Part shown: piece after piece, positions 54,828 to 64,000 of the stretch | Layout of the letters: each line of letters opens with the position of its first letter | Position numbering within the stretch: the stretch's first letter is position 1 | From: Flectonema sp. DT1601 | Lineage: Eukaryota | Length of the DNA: 64,000 nucleotides | NCBI GenBank assembly: GCA_964019425.1 | Contig: OZ025806.1 | Location: forward strand, 1 to 64,000 | Direction: 5' to 3' | Notes under the pieces: model-generated | What the model saw: the letters and a program-made list of their open reading frames with translations, nothing else | Told to the model about the DNA's origin: nothing | Databases searched by the model: none | Position numbers and translations under genes: made by a program

Positions 54828-57800
54828 CTAGAAACTCCAGCGATCCCACCAGTCGTGATGGTCGTCGTTGTCTCCACGCCAACCGTGTGAGTGCCTGCCG
54901 TGGTGATGAGAAGAGTGACCGTAACTCCATACGTCATGGTGATAGTGGTTGTGGTGGTGATAGTCATCATCGTGGTGAAGGTAGTGAAGAGGTCTTCCAA
55001 AGTGACCAGTCCATCCGTAACCCCAGAGGTACGCGTGGTAAGAGTATCTGTTGTAGTAGTTCAACACTCGGTGGTGATGGTTCTTGTAGCGATACAGGTT
55101 GCCAAAAGTTCCAATTCCGAACACTCCGTTCCCCCACCAGACTCTGTAGTAGCGATCGTGAGAGTACAGCGGAGCGTTGATTGCCAGAACTCCATCCAAA
55201 GACAACTCGTTCAAGCAGGTTTTGTGAACAGCATCCAAGTACGTCTGAGCCAGGTGCTCAGCGATGCTGTGGTGGTGGTGTTGGTCGTCCCAGTCATCGT
55301 CCCAGTGCCAACCCCATCTCGTGTACACCTTTTTTGTGTCTAGAACCGTATCGTCCCTGTCTTTGATAATGATGTCGTGTTGCTCGCCACCCGACAACGT
55401 GTTTGCTCCAAACGGGGTGTCCTTGTGACAAGACTTGTAGTGAGCAACCCTCTTCCAGTGGGAGTGGTGGAACGAGTCGTGGGTGAGGTCGTAAAACTTG
55501 TCGTCTGTGACGATGACGGTGTTGGTCAACTTCCAAAGAGTGATAACAGTCGCAGCATTCCATCCAACAACAAGGTCGTTGCCACCTTCTCCGTAAAGGA
55601 AATCCGACAAAGACAACTCCGACTCCGGTTCCACAACAATGTGAGCCGGGCTCACGTATCTCGGCTTTGCAGGCGTTTTCTTCCCCTTGTTGTCTTTGTT
55701 GTCTTTGTTGTCCTTTTTGTCTTTCTTGTCCCTCTTTTTCCACCACTGTGTTTCAGTTCCACGCGACCTGTCTTCGTGGTCCTTGTCCCAATCCCACCAG
55801 TCGGTGAAGTCCTTGTTATCTCCGTCGTTGTCGTCGTCGTCGGTCGACCCCTCGACGAACGTGCCCCTGATGTCGAACCACGTCAGAGACGCCAACCACT
55901 CGAAGTCACCGTTTCTGTAAGGAGTGTGGCGGTAGTTACCCTTGTGCTTCGGATTCACCAGCCTGTCCTCCAACAGCTTCACAATCTTCTGCAAGTGCCC
56001 ATCCTGCACGTCGCTGATCTTCCTGTGCCTGTTGTGCCCCGAAGGTCCGAACAGGTAACCGTCAAACGTCGTCACCGATACCAGCGAGTAGTCACCGATG
56101 AGGGAATCGTCTCCGTCCCCACCGTGCGCGGTGTCCGATCCCCAAGTCGTTTTCGGGAGGAGGTTCCACATCGTGCGATCGTGGATGTTCGGAATCTCAG
56201 GTGACGCATCGAAGTCCGCAACCACGTGATCATGAAGCTGGTGCGCCATCAGGTGCAGCACATCCGAAAACACGTTTCTCGTGAACAAGGACGGGTCGAA
56301 CTCTCCTCCGAAACTGTAAGTTGCCACCGATCCCGCCACTCCCTTCGTCACGAGAACAGACGTGTCACCCGTTATCAAATCATTCCCATCCCCGCCGTTG
56401 ATCACGTCGTTCGAGAAGTGGAATTCGTGCAACGGGGCCCTCTCTTGGGTCTCGCGCAAGTCGTACAACGAAGTGATGATCGAATGGTGCAGCTCGTACA
56501 GGAAGTGCGCCGTGTCTACAGCGATGGTTTCGTAGTCGTTGAAGATGTACATCAACTGAGTCACGGTGTCCACCATCGAGTCGAACTCGAGATCTCCGAA
56601 CTGCACGACGTCGATGAACCCTTCCAGCGCGTCTCCGATCAACGTATCGTTCCCACCGTCACCGTAGATCTGATCGTTTCCAATCCTCGTGACGTTCGGC
56701 AGCCCGTACTTTCCCCGTTGGTGCTCCAAAGTACCGGCATCCGCCGAGATGAGCGCCCAACGGACCTCGATCTCGTCCCACCTCGCAGCAGCCACCTCCC
56801 TCAGGGTGACCAACTCCGGAACTTCCAAGTTCAAGAAAGCATGGTAGAACGCCGTGTCTCCGGTTATCAAGTCGTTGCCAGCTCCTCCGTGGAGCTCGTC
56901 CGATCCGAACAATTCGTCAACGTGTCGAGCGGCGTCCGGGATCATTGAGACGTGTGGTCGCAGCGACAGCTCCGAGAAGTCGGTCCGAACCAGGTCCCCC
57001 ACGCCAGCAGCCCCGAGCATCAGCAGATACTCGTCCGCGAAAGTCGTGGCAATCGCCGAGTCCTCGAAGGCTCGCATCGCGTGTGACCTCGTTACTTGTT
57101 CCGGAAGTATCTGCAGAGGGGTGTGGATCACTTCACCGAAGAAGCCAATCTCAACAGGAAACGCGCTGGCATCGTCGCCTGGCAGAATTCGAAGCGTCTT
57201 CAAAACCAACGGCACGCACGAATCGTAGTAGTACGAACTGCTGACGTCGTCTCCGTAGATTACATCCTCCCCGTCGTCTCCGAAAATCTTGTCAGCGCCA
57301 CGCTGTCCGATCAGCCAGTCGTTCCCGTCGCCTCCGTGGATCTCGTCGTCTCCCGCCTTCACGAGCTCCAGTCCGGCGATCATCGTCTCCCATGCCGTCA
57401 CGCTGGTCATGTGCTTCGTCCCACTCGTCGTGTTGAACGTTCCAAACGACACCAAAACATCCAAATTCAAAACCGACAGGGCCTCGTCTTCACTGAACAC
57501 GTGCGTCTTGGAAGTTTCCGAAATGTACTTCAAGTACGACACGTCTTCGAGAACGATGTTCCGATGCCAGCTCCCGGTGATGGGGTTCAAACGGGGACGT
57601 CCGTTTTCCAAGAACGACCGCAGGATCGAACCCGTGTCTCCCAGGATCGTATCCTGACCGCCGTCCCCGTGCAGCGTGTCCGACCCGAGCTCTCCGTAAA
57701 TCTCATCGTCGCCGGCTCCTCCCGAAATGAAATCGTTTCCTCGCTGCCCGTGAAGCACATCCTGGCCATCTCCACCGTGAATCTCATCGTCTCCTTCCAC

Positions 57801-60800
57801 CAGGTCGATGTCATCGTACCTCTGAACTGTTCTCAGGATCGAATTCAGAGCTTCATACTCGACCTCCATCTCATCGAAGTATCGTGCCCATCTGATCGCG
57901 TGGGAGTACGGTGCTCCTGGTGGTCCTACAACTGCAGCATCGCAGGTCGAAGTCGAAGTCGAAGTCGAAGTCGAAGAAGTCGAAGTGCTGTTCTCAGATG
58001 ACGGCGACACTTCTATCTGACGCAAGATTCTTCCATTATCTCCCAAAACGACATCCGAACCGCTCCCTCCGTAGATCACATCCGCAGAGTCAGCTCCGTG
58101 AAGCACATCGTGACCACCCGTGATGTCGTCGTCACCGTTCCCTCCGTTGATGGTATCGGATCCCTGCTGTCCCAAAATTATGTCATCTCCCTCGCCTCCG
58201 TTCAGCACATCGTTTCCACCGTTTTCAGATGTCGTGAAAATCGATTCGTACTTGTGCTGGTCTGGATGGTCCCTGTCAAACATCCCGTGGTCTCCGAGGA
58301 TCACGTCCAGACCATTGCCTCCGGAAACAGAGTCCCCACCGTCTCCTCCGAAGATGTAATCCTCGCCGTCGTCTCCGAAGAGCTCGTCGTTGTTCGCGAC
58401 CTTCTCGGGAGTTGGGAATACAGAAGCCGCGTAAAGGATCCTTTCATCAGACGACAAAAGGGCCGCCTCAGCGTGGTCTCCGAAGATCATGTCGTGGCCT
58501 CCGTTACCGTTTACCTTGTCCCTACCCTGTTGAGCGACGATGAAGTCGTTCCCGGCACCTCCGGAGATCACATCGTCGTGCGCAGGTTCGTTCGTAGTCG
58601 GCGAGGTCGGCAAGAATCTGCGAGGCTCCGATGAATTAGAAGGGAGAACGATCACCGCGTTGTCACCGAAGATGAAGTCGTGGCCATCATTCCCGCTCAA
58701 GACGTCACCATCGAACCCACCGATCACATAATCATCGCCAGTACCGGAGTCAACCGTGTCAGCTCCTCCGGAAGTGAACGCAGACGACGACACCATGCGC
58801 ATTGTTCGGTTGCTCTCCACAATCCCGTGGTCACCGAGAACCCAGTCGAGTCCTCCATGCGAGAACACCTGATCCCCATGCTGTCCGGCAATAATGATAT
58901 CGTCCCCTTCTGAAGTCTCAATGGTATCGGTGCCACCCAGCACCGGCTCCGTCGAGATCGATTCGATCGACTTGCTGTCGGCGCTGAACCGAACCCTTCC
59001 AAAGTCACCAAATACGACATCCGATCCCAGACCGGTTGTGATAACGTCGTCCGCAGCACCCCCGAAGATGTGATCTTCACCAACAAGCGTTCGGATGTGG
59101 TCCCCACCTCCGTGCTCCGCAGCAGTCGACTCGTAAGTCGTCAGGGCCGCTGTCACGGTCACCTTACCAAAATCCCCAAACACCACGTTGTCACCGGAAC
59201 CAGTTGTTGTTATCAGGTCCGACGACTGTCCACCGAATACCACGTTGTCCCCCTTCGAAGAGGTGATGTTGTCGCTTCCTCCTTCCGAGGACGGTTCGTC
59301 CAGCGTCCGCATCACCTTCCCCGCGCCGTCCACCACCACCACCTCACCAAAATCCCCAAAGATAACATCGTTGCCTGCCCCAGCCGTGAGTATGTAATCC
59401 TCCGACTGCCCACCCAGAATGACGTTGTCTCCGTTCGAGGTGGTGATGCTGTCTCTCCCCCCCTCAGGGAACGGACCACTGTCGAGTCCTTTCGATCCGT
59501 TGAGGGTCCGGATTCGGGTTTCCGCCCCGTCTCCGACGATCAATAATATCTCACCAAAGTCTCCGAAGATGATGTCGTTGCCTGAGCTGGTTGACACGAC
59601 GTCGTCGCGAGCACCTCCGAATACCTTCTGAGATCCCGGAGCGAGGGTCACAATCGAGTCATCCCCTCCCCACTCAGCAAACAGGGTCGCAAACTCGCTG
59701 ATTCCGACACTCTTGTTGATCATACCAAAGTCGCCGAACACCACGTTGTCTCCGGAACCAGCCGCAATGACATCCGACCCTTGCCCACCGAATACCATGT
59801 CCGATCCGCCCAACGTCGCAATTTGGTCACCAGAACCCTGTGAATCCTCTCCAAAGATAGCCTCCAGGACGGTTTCCCGAGCGTCAATCGTCACCTTCCC
59901 ATGGTCTCCAAAGATCGTGTTCTCTCCCGAGCTGGCTTCGATCGTGTCCGACCCTTGACCTCCGAGAATGATGTCCGCCCCCTCCGCCGTCGAAATCGTG
60001 TCGTCGCCGCCGTCGCTTTCGTCTCCGAACAGAGACTCCAGTTGAGTCTCCAACGGGGTCCTCGTGAGGGTTCCGTGGTCTCCGAAAATGATACTCTTCC
60101 CCGAAGACGCTGTTATCTGATCCGAACTCGACCCTCCGAATATGATGCTGTTCCCGAATGGAGACTCGATCGTATCCTTACCAGCGGTGTACGAAAACAA
60201 AGAAGTCATGCTGGTGTACTGGCTCTCCAAGTTTATCTGCATATTACCGTTGTCACCGAAAACAAGGTTGTCACCGGAGTGCGTGAATATCTTGTCGTCT
60301 CCAGAACCCCCAACCACGTAGTCATTTCCGCTGCCAGTGTGGATCCGGTCGTCACCACACAAGAAGTTGTCACCGAACGTCGATGAAAACTCCATCTCCG
60401 GGCTCGTCAGGTTGACGAGGATCCACCCGCTGTCACCAAAAACTACGTCGTCACCGGTGTCCGAGTCAATCTCGTCGTTGTATCCTCCTCCAAACACCAC
60501 GTCGTTACCGGCATGTGATTTGATAACATCCGCTCCTCCAGTCACTGATAGGGACACGTATGGCGATGAGCTCGTCGCAAGCATCGATTCGCCGGACAAA
60601 GTGACGGATCCGTGATCACCAAAGATGGTGTCGTCACCTCTCTTCCCCTCGATGTAGTCTGGACCTTGGCCTCCGAAAACAAAATCGTCCCCGGTACCTG
60701 CGTCGATGCTGTCGTTGCCACCCACCCGGTGGTAGCTCGATTCGTACTCGACGGTTCCGATTTCGATCGTCGAGTGCACCCTTCCGTGATCCCCGAAGAT

Positions 60801-63800
60801 CACGTCGCTCCCGGACCCACCGTCCATCCTATCCGCACCCTCGCATCCAAATATTTTGTCCGACCCACCCGACGCCACGATGTCGTCGTCGGCATCCTGG
60901 TCTACTCCCGCAACGGATTCCATCTCGTAAAAGGAGGTTGCCCTCCTGTACACCACGCGCCCAAAGTCTCCAAACACCGTATCGTCTCCAAGCCCGGAGT
61001 CCACCTCATCGCCTCCCTGTCCCCCGAAGATCACATCGCTCCCGTCTTCTGAATGGATGATATCCCGGTTACCGTGACCGATCTCGGTGTAATTGGTCGA
61101 CGTGATAACCGAAGTGGTTCCGTCGAAGGAAATCAATCCGTGGTCGCCGAAGACGATGTCCGCCCCGTCTCCGGAGTTGATGAGATCCCGTCCGTTCCCT
61201 CCGAGAACAGTGTCGTCGCCGTTACCCGACGAGATTTCGTCCTTCCCCTGAAGAAGTCCCGCAGGGAACGCGTGGATTTCCAAAACCCTCCTGATCCCCG
61301 CTACGTATTCCAGTTCCACGCTTCCGTGGTCTCCCAGCACAATGTCGTCGCCGAGCGTGCTGACGACGTGATCGTCACCTCCTCCAGCGATTATAATATC
61401 TTCACTCGAACCCGAAGAGATCACGTCCGACCCGCCAGCTTCAGCCCCAGACCTCAAAGAAGTGGCCAGCGACTGCTCGTTGAACGACGCGGATCCGCTG
61501 TCTCCGAAAATGATGTCCGCACCGATTCCGGTTGTTATCTTGTCGTCCCCGCCTCCACCGAAGATCACGTCGTGCGACCCGTCGGTCGAGGTGATGACGT
61601 CCTTGCCTTCGCCACCCTCTTCGCAAACCGCCTCTCTCAGGAGCGCAGCGTCACCGCCGCCCGCAGGTGGTGGTGAGTCGAATCCGTGCAAGTTACCCAG
61701 CTCGAACGCATCGTTGCCGTATGATGCGAACCCGTTGTCTCCAAAAACAAGGTCCTCCGACTGCCCAGGAAAGATGGCATCCCCGCCACTCCCTCCCAGA
61801 AGCACGAGCGGTATCGTCGTGGACTCAGCGCGAATCACGTCCTCTCCCGGTCCGGTGTGGCAGGCCATAGTGACACCGCTCTGGAGATCGATATCAACTT
61901 CGTCGTTACCCGACCCCGTGTAGAGCGCCGCCACCCCGTCGGCGTAAATTCCCGATACCGTCACCTTGTCGTCACCCTTTCCAGTCCATATCGCGATACC
62001 CCTCGAGAAACTGCTTCCCGTGAACCAGATGTCACCGCTGCCGGTGAGCCCCTTGATCGACCCGATGGCCTCAACGTTCCCCTTGTCAATGGATGTCACG
62101 TGATCGACGTCTACTTCCACAGTCTTCGCGTCTTCTCCCCCGTGGTCCGATACGAGCAACCTGTTCCGTCCGTCCACTCCGCAATTCAACGTCAGCTTCG
62201 CAACCACCGAACTCAGGTCACCGCGAGGCAACTGTGCGGTGTCCGCATCCGTCTGGGTACCAAGCATCGACCTCGACGAGATCGAGATCGTGTTGTCGCC
62301 TATCCCCAACCAAACAGTTGTCGGTATCAACACTCCCTGAACATTGACAATGTCGTCGTGCGTCGTCGTCGTCGCAATATCTTCATTCACCACTCCGCGG
62401 GTCGTGATTTCTTCCTTCACCACCCCGCGGGTCAAGTCAACCTCCGATATCTCGAAGTTCAAGAACTCCAAAACCGCTCCGATGGAGGAACCAGCGCCGA
62501 TCACCTTCGTCTGCGTCATGATGCATGCTTGGTTGTTGCAATCACCGGTCATGTGCAGTGTGTCATACCCGGCCCCGGAATCAACTGTTGTGAAACCGTC
62601 ATCTTGAGAAATTGTCAAAGCGTCATTCCCATCACCCAATGAGAGCACGCTGTAGTAACTCATGCCAATCAACGTCACGTCGTCAACGAAGTCACCTCCG
62701 GTCAGAAGGAATCGAGGAGCTCCTTTCAAAACTGTGAAACTGTTCGCGTGGTTCTCGGGTAACATTATCGTCACCTCCCCGACAACCGACGCGAATCCCG
62801 GAAGCGCCACGCCCGAACCCGTTAGCCCCGTCAGCAAGCTCTGCTTAAACGACCCCGACACACCCGTCGTCCCTTCGGTGTTGTCCGCCACCAGGTTCAC
62901 ATTGGAAACGTCTCCGTGCAGGCTCACCAATCCACGGACCCTCTGAGTGTTCCGATTCTTCCCGAGCTTCACGTATTCCGTACTCGAAGTGGAGTAGACA
63001 TTGATAGGGATGTTCGAATCTTCGATGATTACGTTCTCGCTCTGTATTTGAGCCAATCTAATTGTCATCTCGTGAATTTGACTGAAGGTCAAAGCCCTGG
63101 ACGAAACCGCAGGATTGAGCCCCAATACCGACTCCTCGCCGAAGGGATTCTTCCCGACGACGATGTCTCCCCCTTCGTTGGCTGAATGAATTACGAGTTG
63201 CGTCCGGAAGCTTCCCTGAATCTTCATTTCTCCGATGTCCCCGTTCGAGTAGATCTCGACAATCACCGGAACCACACTGTTGATGGTGAGGTCGAGCTTT
63301 GTGTTCTCAGGCAACCCAGTGATTACCAGAGGCGCAGGGTTACTACCATGACCGCAAGTCAGTGTTAAATGAGCAGTGTCGACCAACACCAAGCTATCCG
63401 ATCCGAAACCCGAGAAACCACTTTTTTCAATTCTTCCCGAACAGGTGTTGTAGGAAAAAGTTTTGTCAGACCTCGCTGGAGGCAGATCTTCTTGAACCTG
63501 TCGGATGCCAGTGAACCCCGCTCCGTTTTTGATTTCTGCCGGTGAGTTTTTGAAGTCTCTGTTCCACTTTCCCTCGTTGATGTTATCCCCAACAGTGTTG
63601 GCGTCGTCTATGAAGTCGTCCAGGAACTCGTGCGCCTTTTCAGCAACAGCAGTCATCTTTTCAACGGCCTCCTTGTGAAGAGAATCGGTGGCGGCATTGA
63701 TCTCGTCAACCTTGTCGAGGTTCACGGTACGCGCTTGAGATATCACCTCACAGACTCCGTCGAAACTCCATCTCTGTACTCGCAAAATCAGAACTTCGTA

Positions 63801-64000
63801 CGGAATCGATTCGTCGTCTGAGGAATACGTTGGGGGAGAGCAAGAGATAGCATTCGATGGAGTACCCGCAGGGCATCTCAGCATCTGTGTCTTCGGTGGG
63901 CATTGGGAGACCAAGTCCGACACATCACTCACCTTCCCCATGATGTTTCGATCAATATTTTTCCTTGCTTTCTTCAAGAACGCTTCTTTCTTTTTCTTGT
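54828..64000 (-). CDS. RTX-like protein copy 2 (5' part lies beyond the window)
   Basis: Uninterrupted >3,000-aa frame, nearly identical to copy 1. Confidence 0.92.
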   Translation of the reverse strand, partial: KKKKEAFLKKARKNIDRNIMGKVSDVSDLVSQCPPKTQMLRCPAGTPSNAISCSPPTYSSDDESIPYEVLILRVQRWSFDGVCEVISQARTVNLDKVDEINAATDSLHKEAVEKMTAVAEKAHEFLDDFIDDANTVGDNINEGKWNRDFKNSPAEIKNGAGFTGIRQVQEDLPPARSDKTFSYNTCSGRIEKSGFSGFGSDSLVLVDTAHLTLTCGHGSNPAPLVITGLPENTKLDLTINSVVPVIVEIYSNGDIGEMKIQGSFRTQLVIHSANEGGDIVVGKNPFGEESVLGLNPAVSSRALTFSQIHEMTIRLAQIQSENVIIEDSNIPINVYSTSSTEYVKLGKNRNTQRVRGLVSLHGDVSNVNLVADNTEGTTGVSGSFKQSLLTGLTGSGVALPGFASVVGEVTIMLPENHANSFTVLKGAPRFLLTGGDFVDDVTLIGMSYYSVLSLGDGNDALTISQDDGFTTVDSGAGYDTLHMTGDCNNQACIMTQTKVIGAGSSIGAVLEFLNFEISEVDLTRGVVKEEITTRGVVNEDIATTTTHDDIVNVQGVLIPTTVWLGIGDNTISISSRSMLGTQTDADTAQLPRGDLSSVVAKLTLNCGVDGRNRLLVSDHGGEDAKTVEVDVDHVTSIDKGNVEAIGSIKGLTGSGDIWFTGSSFSRGIAIWTGKGDDKVTVSGIYADGVAALYTGSGNDEVDIDLQSGVTMACHTGPGEDVIRAESTTIPLVLLGGSGGDAIFPGQSEDLVFGDNGFASYGNDAFELGNLHGFDSPPPAGGGDAALLREAVCEEGGEGKDVITSTDGSHDVIFGGGGDDKITTGIGADIIFGDSGSASFNEQSLATSLRSGAEAGGSDVISSGSSEDIIIAGGGDDHVVSTLGDDIVLGDHGSVELEYVAGIRRVLEIHAFPAGLLQGKDEISSGNGDDTVLGGNGRDLINSGDGADIVFGDHGLISFDGTTSVITSTNYTEIGHGNRDIIHSEDGSDVIFGGQGGDEVDSGLGDDTVFGDFGRVVYRRATSFYEMESVAGVDQDADDDIVASGGSDKIFGCEGADRMDGGSGSDVIFGDHGRVHSTIEIGTVEYESSYHRVGGNDSIDAGTGDDFVFGGQGPDYIEGKRGDDTIFGDHGSVTLSGESMLATSSSPYVSLSVTGGADVIKSHAGNDVVFGGGYNDEIDSDTGDDVVFGDSGWILVNLTSPEMEFSSTFGDNFLCGDDRIHTGSGNDYVVGGSGDDKIFTHSGDNLVFGDNGNMQINLESQYTSMTSLFSYTAGKDTIESPFGNSIIFGGSSSDQITASSGKSIIFGDHGTLTRTPLETQLESLFGDESDGGDDTISTAEGADIILGGQGSDTIEASSGENTIFGDHGKVTIDARETVLEAIFGEDSQGSGDQIATLGGSDMVFGGQGSDVIAAGSGDNVVFGDFGMINKSVGISEFATLFAEWGGDDSIVTLAPGSQKVFGGARDDVVSTSSGNDIIFGDFGEILLIVGDGAETRIRTLNGSKGLDSGPFPEGGRDSITTSNGDNVILGGQSEDYILTAGAGNDVIFGDFGEVVVVDGAGKVMRTLDEPSSEGGSDNITSSKGDNVVFGGQSSDLITTTGSGDNVVFGDFGKVTVTAALTTYESTAAEHGGGDHIRTLVGEDHIFGGAADDVITTGLGSDVVFGDFGRVRFSADSKSIESISTEPVLGGTDTIETSEGDDIIIAGQHGDQVFSHGGLDWVLGDHGIVESNRTMRMVSSSAFTSGGADTVDSGTGDDYVIGGFDGDVLSGNDGHDFIFGDNAVIVLPSNSSEPRRFLPTSPTTNEPAHDDVISGGAGNDFIVAQQGRDKVNGNGGHDMIFGDHAEAALLSSDERILYAASVFPTPEKVANNDELFGDDGEDYIFGGDGGDSVSGGNGLDVILGDHGMFDRDHPDQHKYESIFTTSENGGNDVLNGGEGDDIILGQQGSDTINGGNGDDDITGGHDVLHGADSADVIYGGSGSDVVLGDNGRILRQIEVSPSSENSTSTSSTSTSTSTSTCDAAVVGPPGAPYSHAIRWARYFDEMEVEYEALNSILRTVQRYDDIDLVEGDDEIHGGDGQDVLHGQRGNDFISGGAGDDEIYGELGSDTLHGDGGQDTILGDTGSILRSFLENGRPRLNPITGSWHRNIVLEDVSYLKYISETSKTHVFSEDEALSVLNLDVLVSFGTFNTTSGTKHMTSVTAWETMIAGLELVKAGDDEIHGGDGNDWLIGQRGADKIFGDDGEDVIYGDDVSSSYYYDSCVPLVLKTLRILPGDDASAFPVEIGFFGEVIHTPLQILPEQVTRSHAMRAFEDSAIATTFADEYLLMLGAAGVGDLVRTDFSELSLRPHVSMIPDAARHVDELFGSDELHGGAGNDLITGDTAFYHAFLNLEVPELVTLREVAAARWDEIEVRWALISADAGTLEHQRGKYGLPNVTRIGNDQIYGDGGNDTLIGDALEGFIDVVQFGDLEFDSMVDTVTQLMYIFNDYETIAVDTAHFLYELHHSIITSLYDLRETQERAPLHEFHFSNDVINGGDGNDLITGDTSVLVTKGVAGSVATYSFGGEFDPSLFTRNVFSDVLHLMAHQLHDHVVADFDASPEIPNIHDRTMWNLLPKTTWGSDTAHGGDGDDSLIGDYSLVSVTTFDGYLFGPSGHNRHRKISDVQDGHLQKIVKLLEDRLVNPKHKGNYRHTPYRNGDFEWLASLTWFDIRGTFVEGSTDDDDNDGDNKDFTDWWDWDKDHEDRSRGTETQWWKKRDKKDKKDNKDNKDNKGKKTPAKPRYVSPAHIVVEPESELSLSDFLYGEGGNDLVVGWNAATVITLWKLTNTVIVTDDKFYDLTHDSFHHSHWKRVAHYKSCHKDTPFGANTLSGGEQHDIIIKDRDDTVLDTKKVYTRWGWHWDDDWDDQHHHHSIAEHLAQTYLDAVHKTCLNELSLDGVLAINAPLYSHDRYYRVWWGNGVFGIGTFGNLYRYKNHHHRVLNYYNRYSYHAYLWGYGWTGHFGRPLHYLHHDDDYHHHNHYHHDVWSYGHSSHHHGRHSHGWRGDNDDHHDWWDRWSF

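Larger units (their letters stand above)
37754..64000. repeat. Tandem segmental duplication, offset 15,244 bp in the coding part (37754-48756 ~ 53153-64000)
   Basis: Identical ORF sets recur at a constant offset (39584/54828, 41610/56854, 48386/63630). Confidence 0.97.

Noticed and set aside
39544..63821. Many plus-strand and alternate-frame ORFs over the RTX-like genes
   Set aside because: Antisense shadows of a GC-rich long CDS, with no recognisable motifs.
1..64000. CRISPR array or prokaryotic operon/defence system
   Set aside because: No repeat-spacer structure; SL RNA, introns and eukaryotic transposons indicate a eukaryotic nuclear locus.

Overview
This is eukaryotic DNA, almost certainly from a diplonemid (Euglenozoa), because it holds a 39-nt diplonemid-type spliced-leader (SL) RNA gene linked to a 5S rRNA gene. 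Layout: (1) 1-11262, a near-perfect (GGGTTTGC)n array whose G-rich strand points inward, opposite to canonical telomere polarity. (2) 11.3-17.8 kb, remains of a 5S/SL tandem repeat whose spacers carry a Sola2-type and a piggyBac transposon. (3) 14.2-25.1 kb, three copies (one full-length) of an Ingi/I-group non-LTR retrotransposon. It sits 8-11 bp upstream of Pol III genes and begins with stuttered SL sequence. Its ORF2 is linked to ORF1 by an in-frame UGA-CUAG stop followed by a 2A (DVERNPGP) peptide. This element is the strongest candidate for a novel system. (4) 27-33 kb, a Crinkler/RHS-like locus where one coiled-coil exon could splice in frame to either an HNH exon or an NTPase+REase exon, with a Penelope-like RT remnant in the intron. 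(5) 33-36.5 kb, more DNA-transposon debris. (6) 36.8-64 kb, a 15,244-bp tandem duplication of a two-exon, ~4,390-aa predicted secreted RTX-like Ca-binding protein with a His/Trp/Tyr-rich tail. Family calls come from motifs read by eye, not from database searches.
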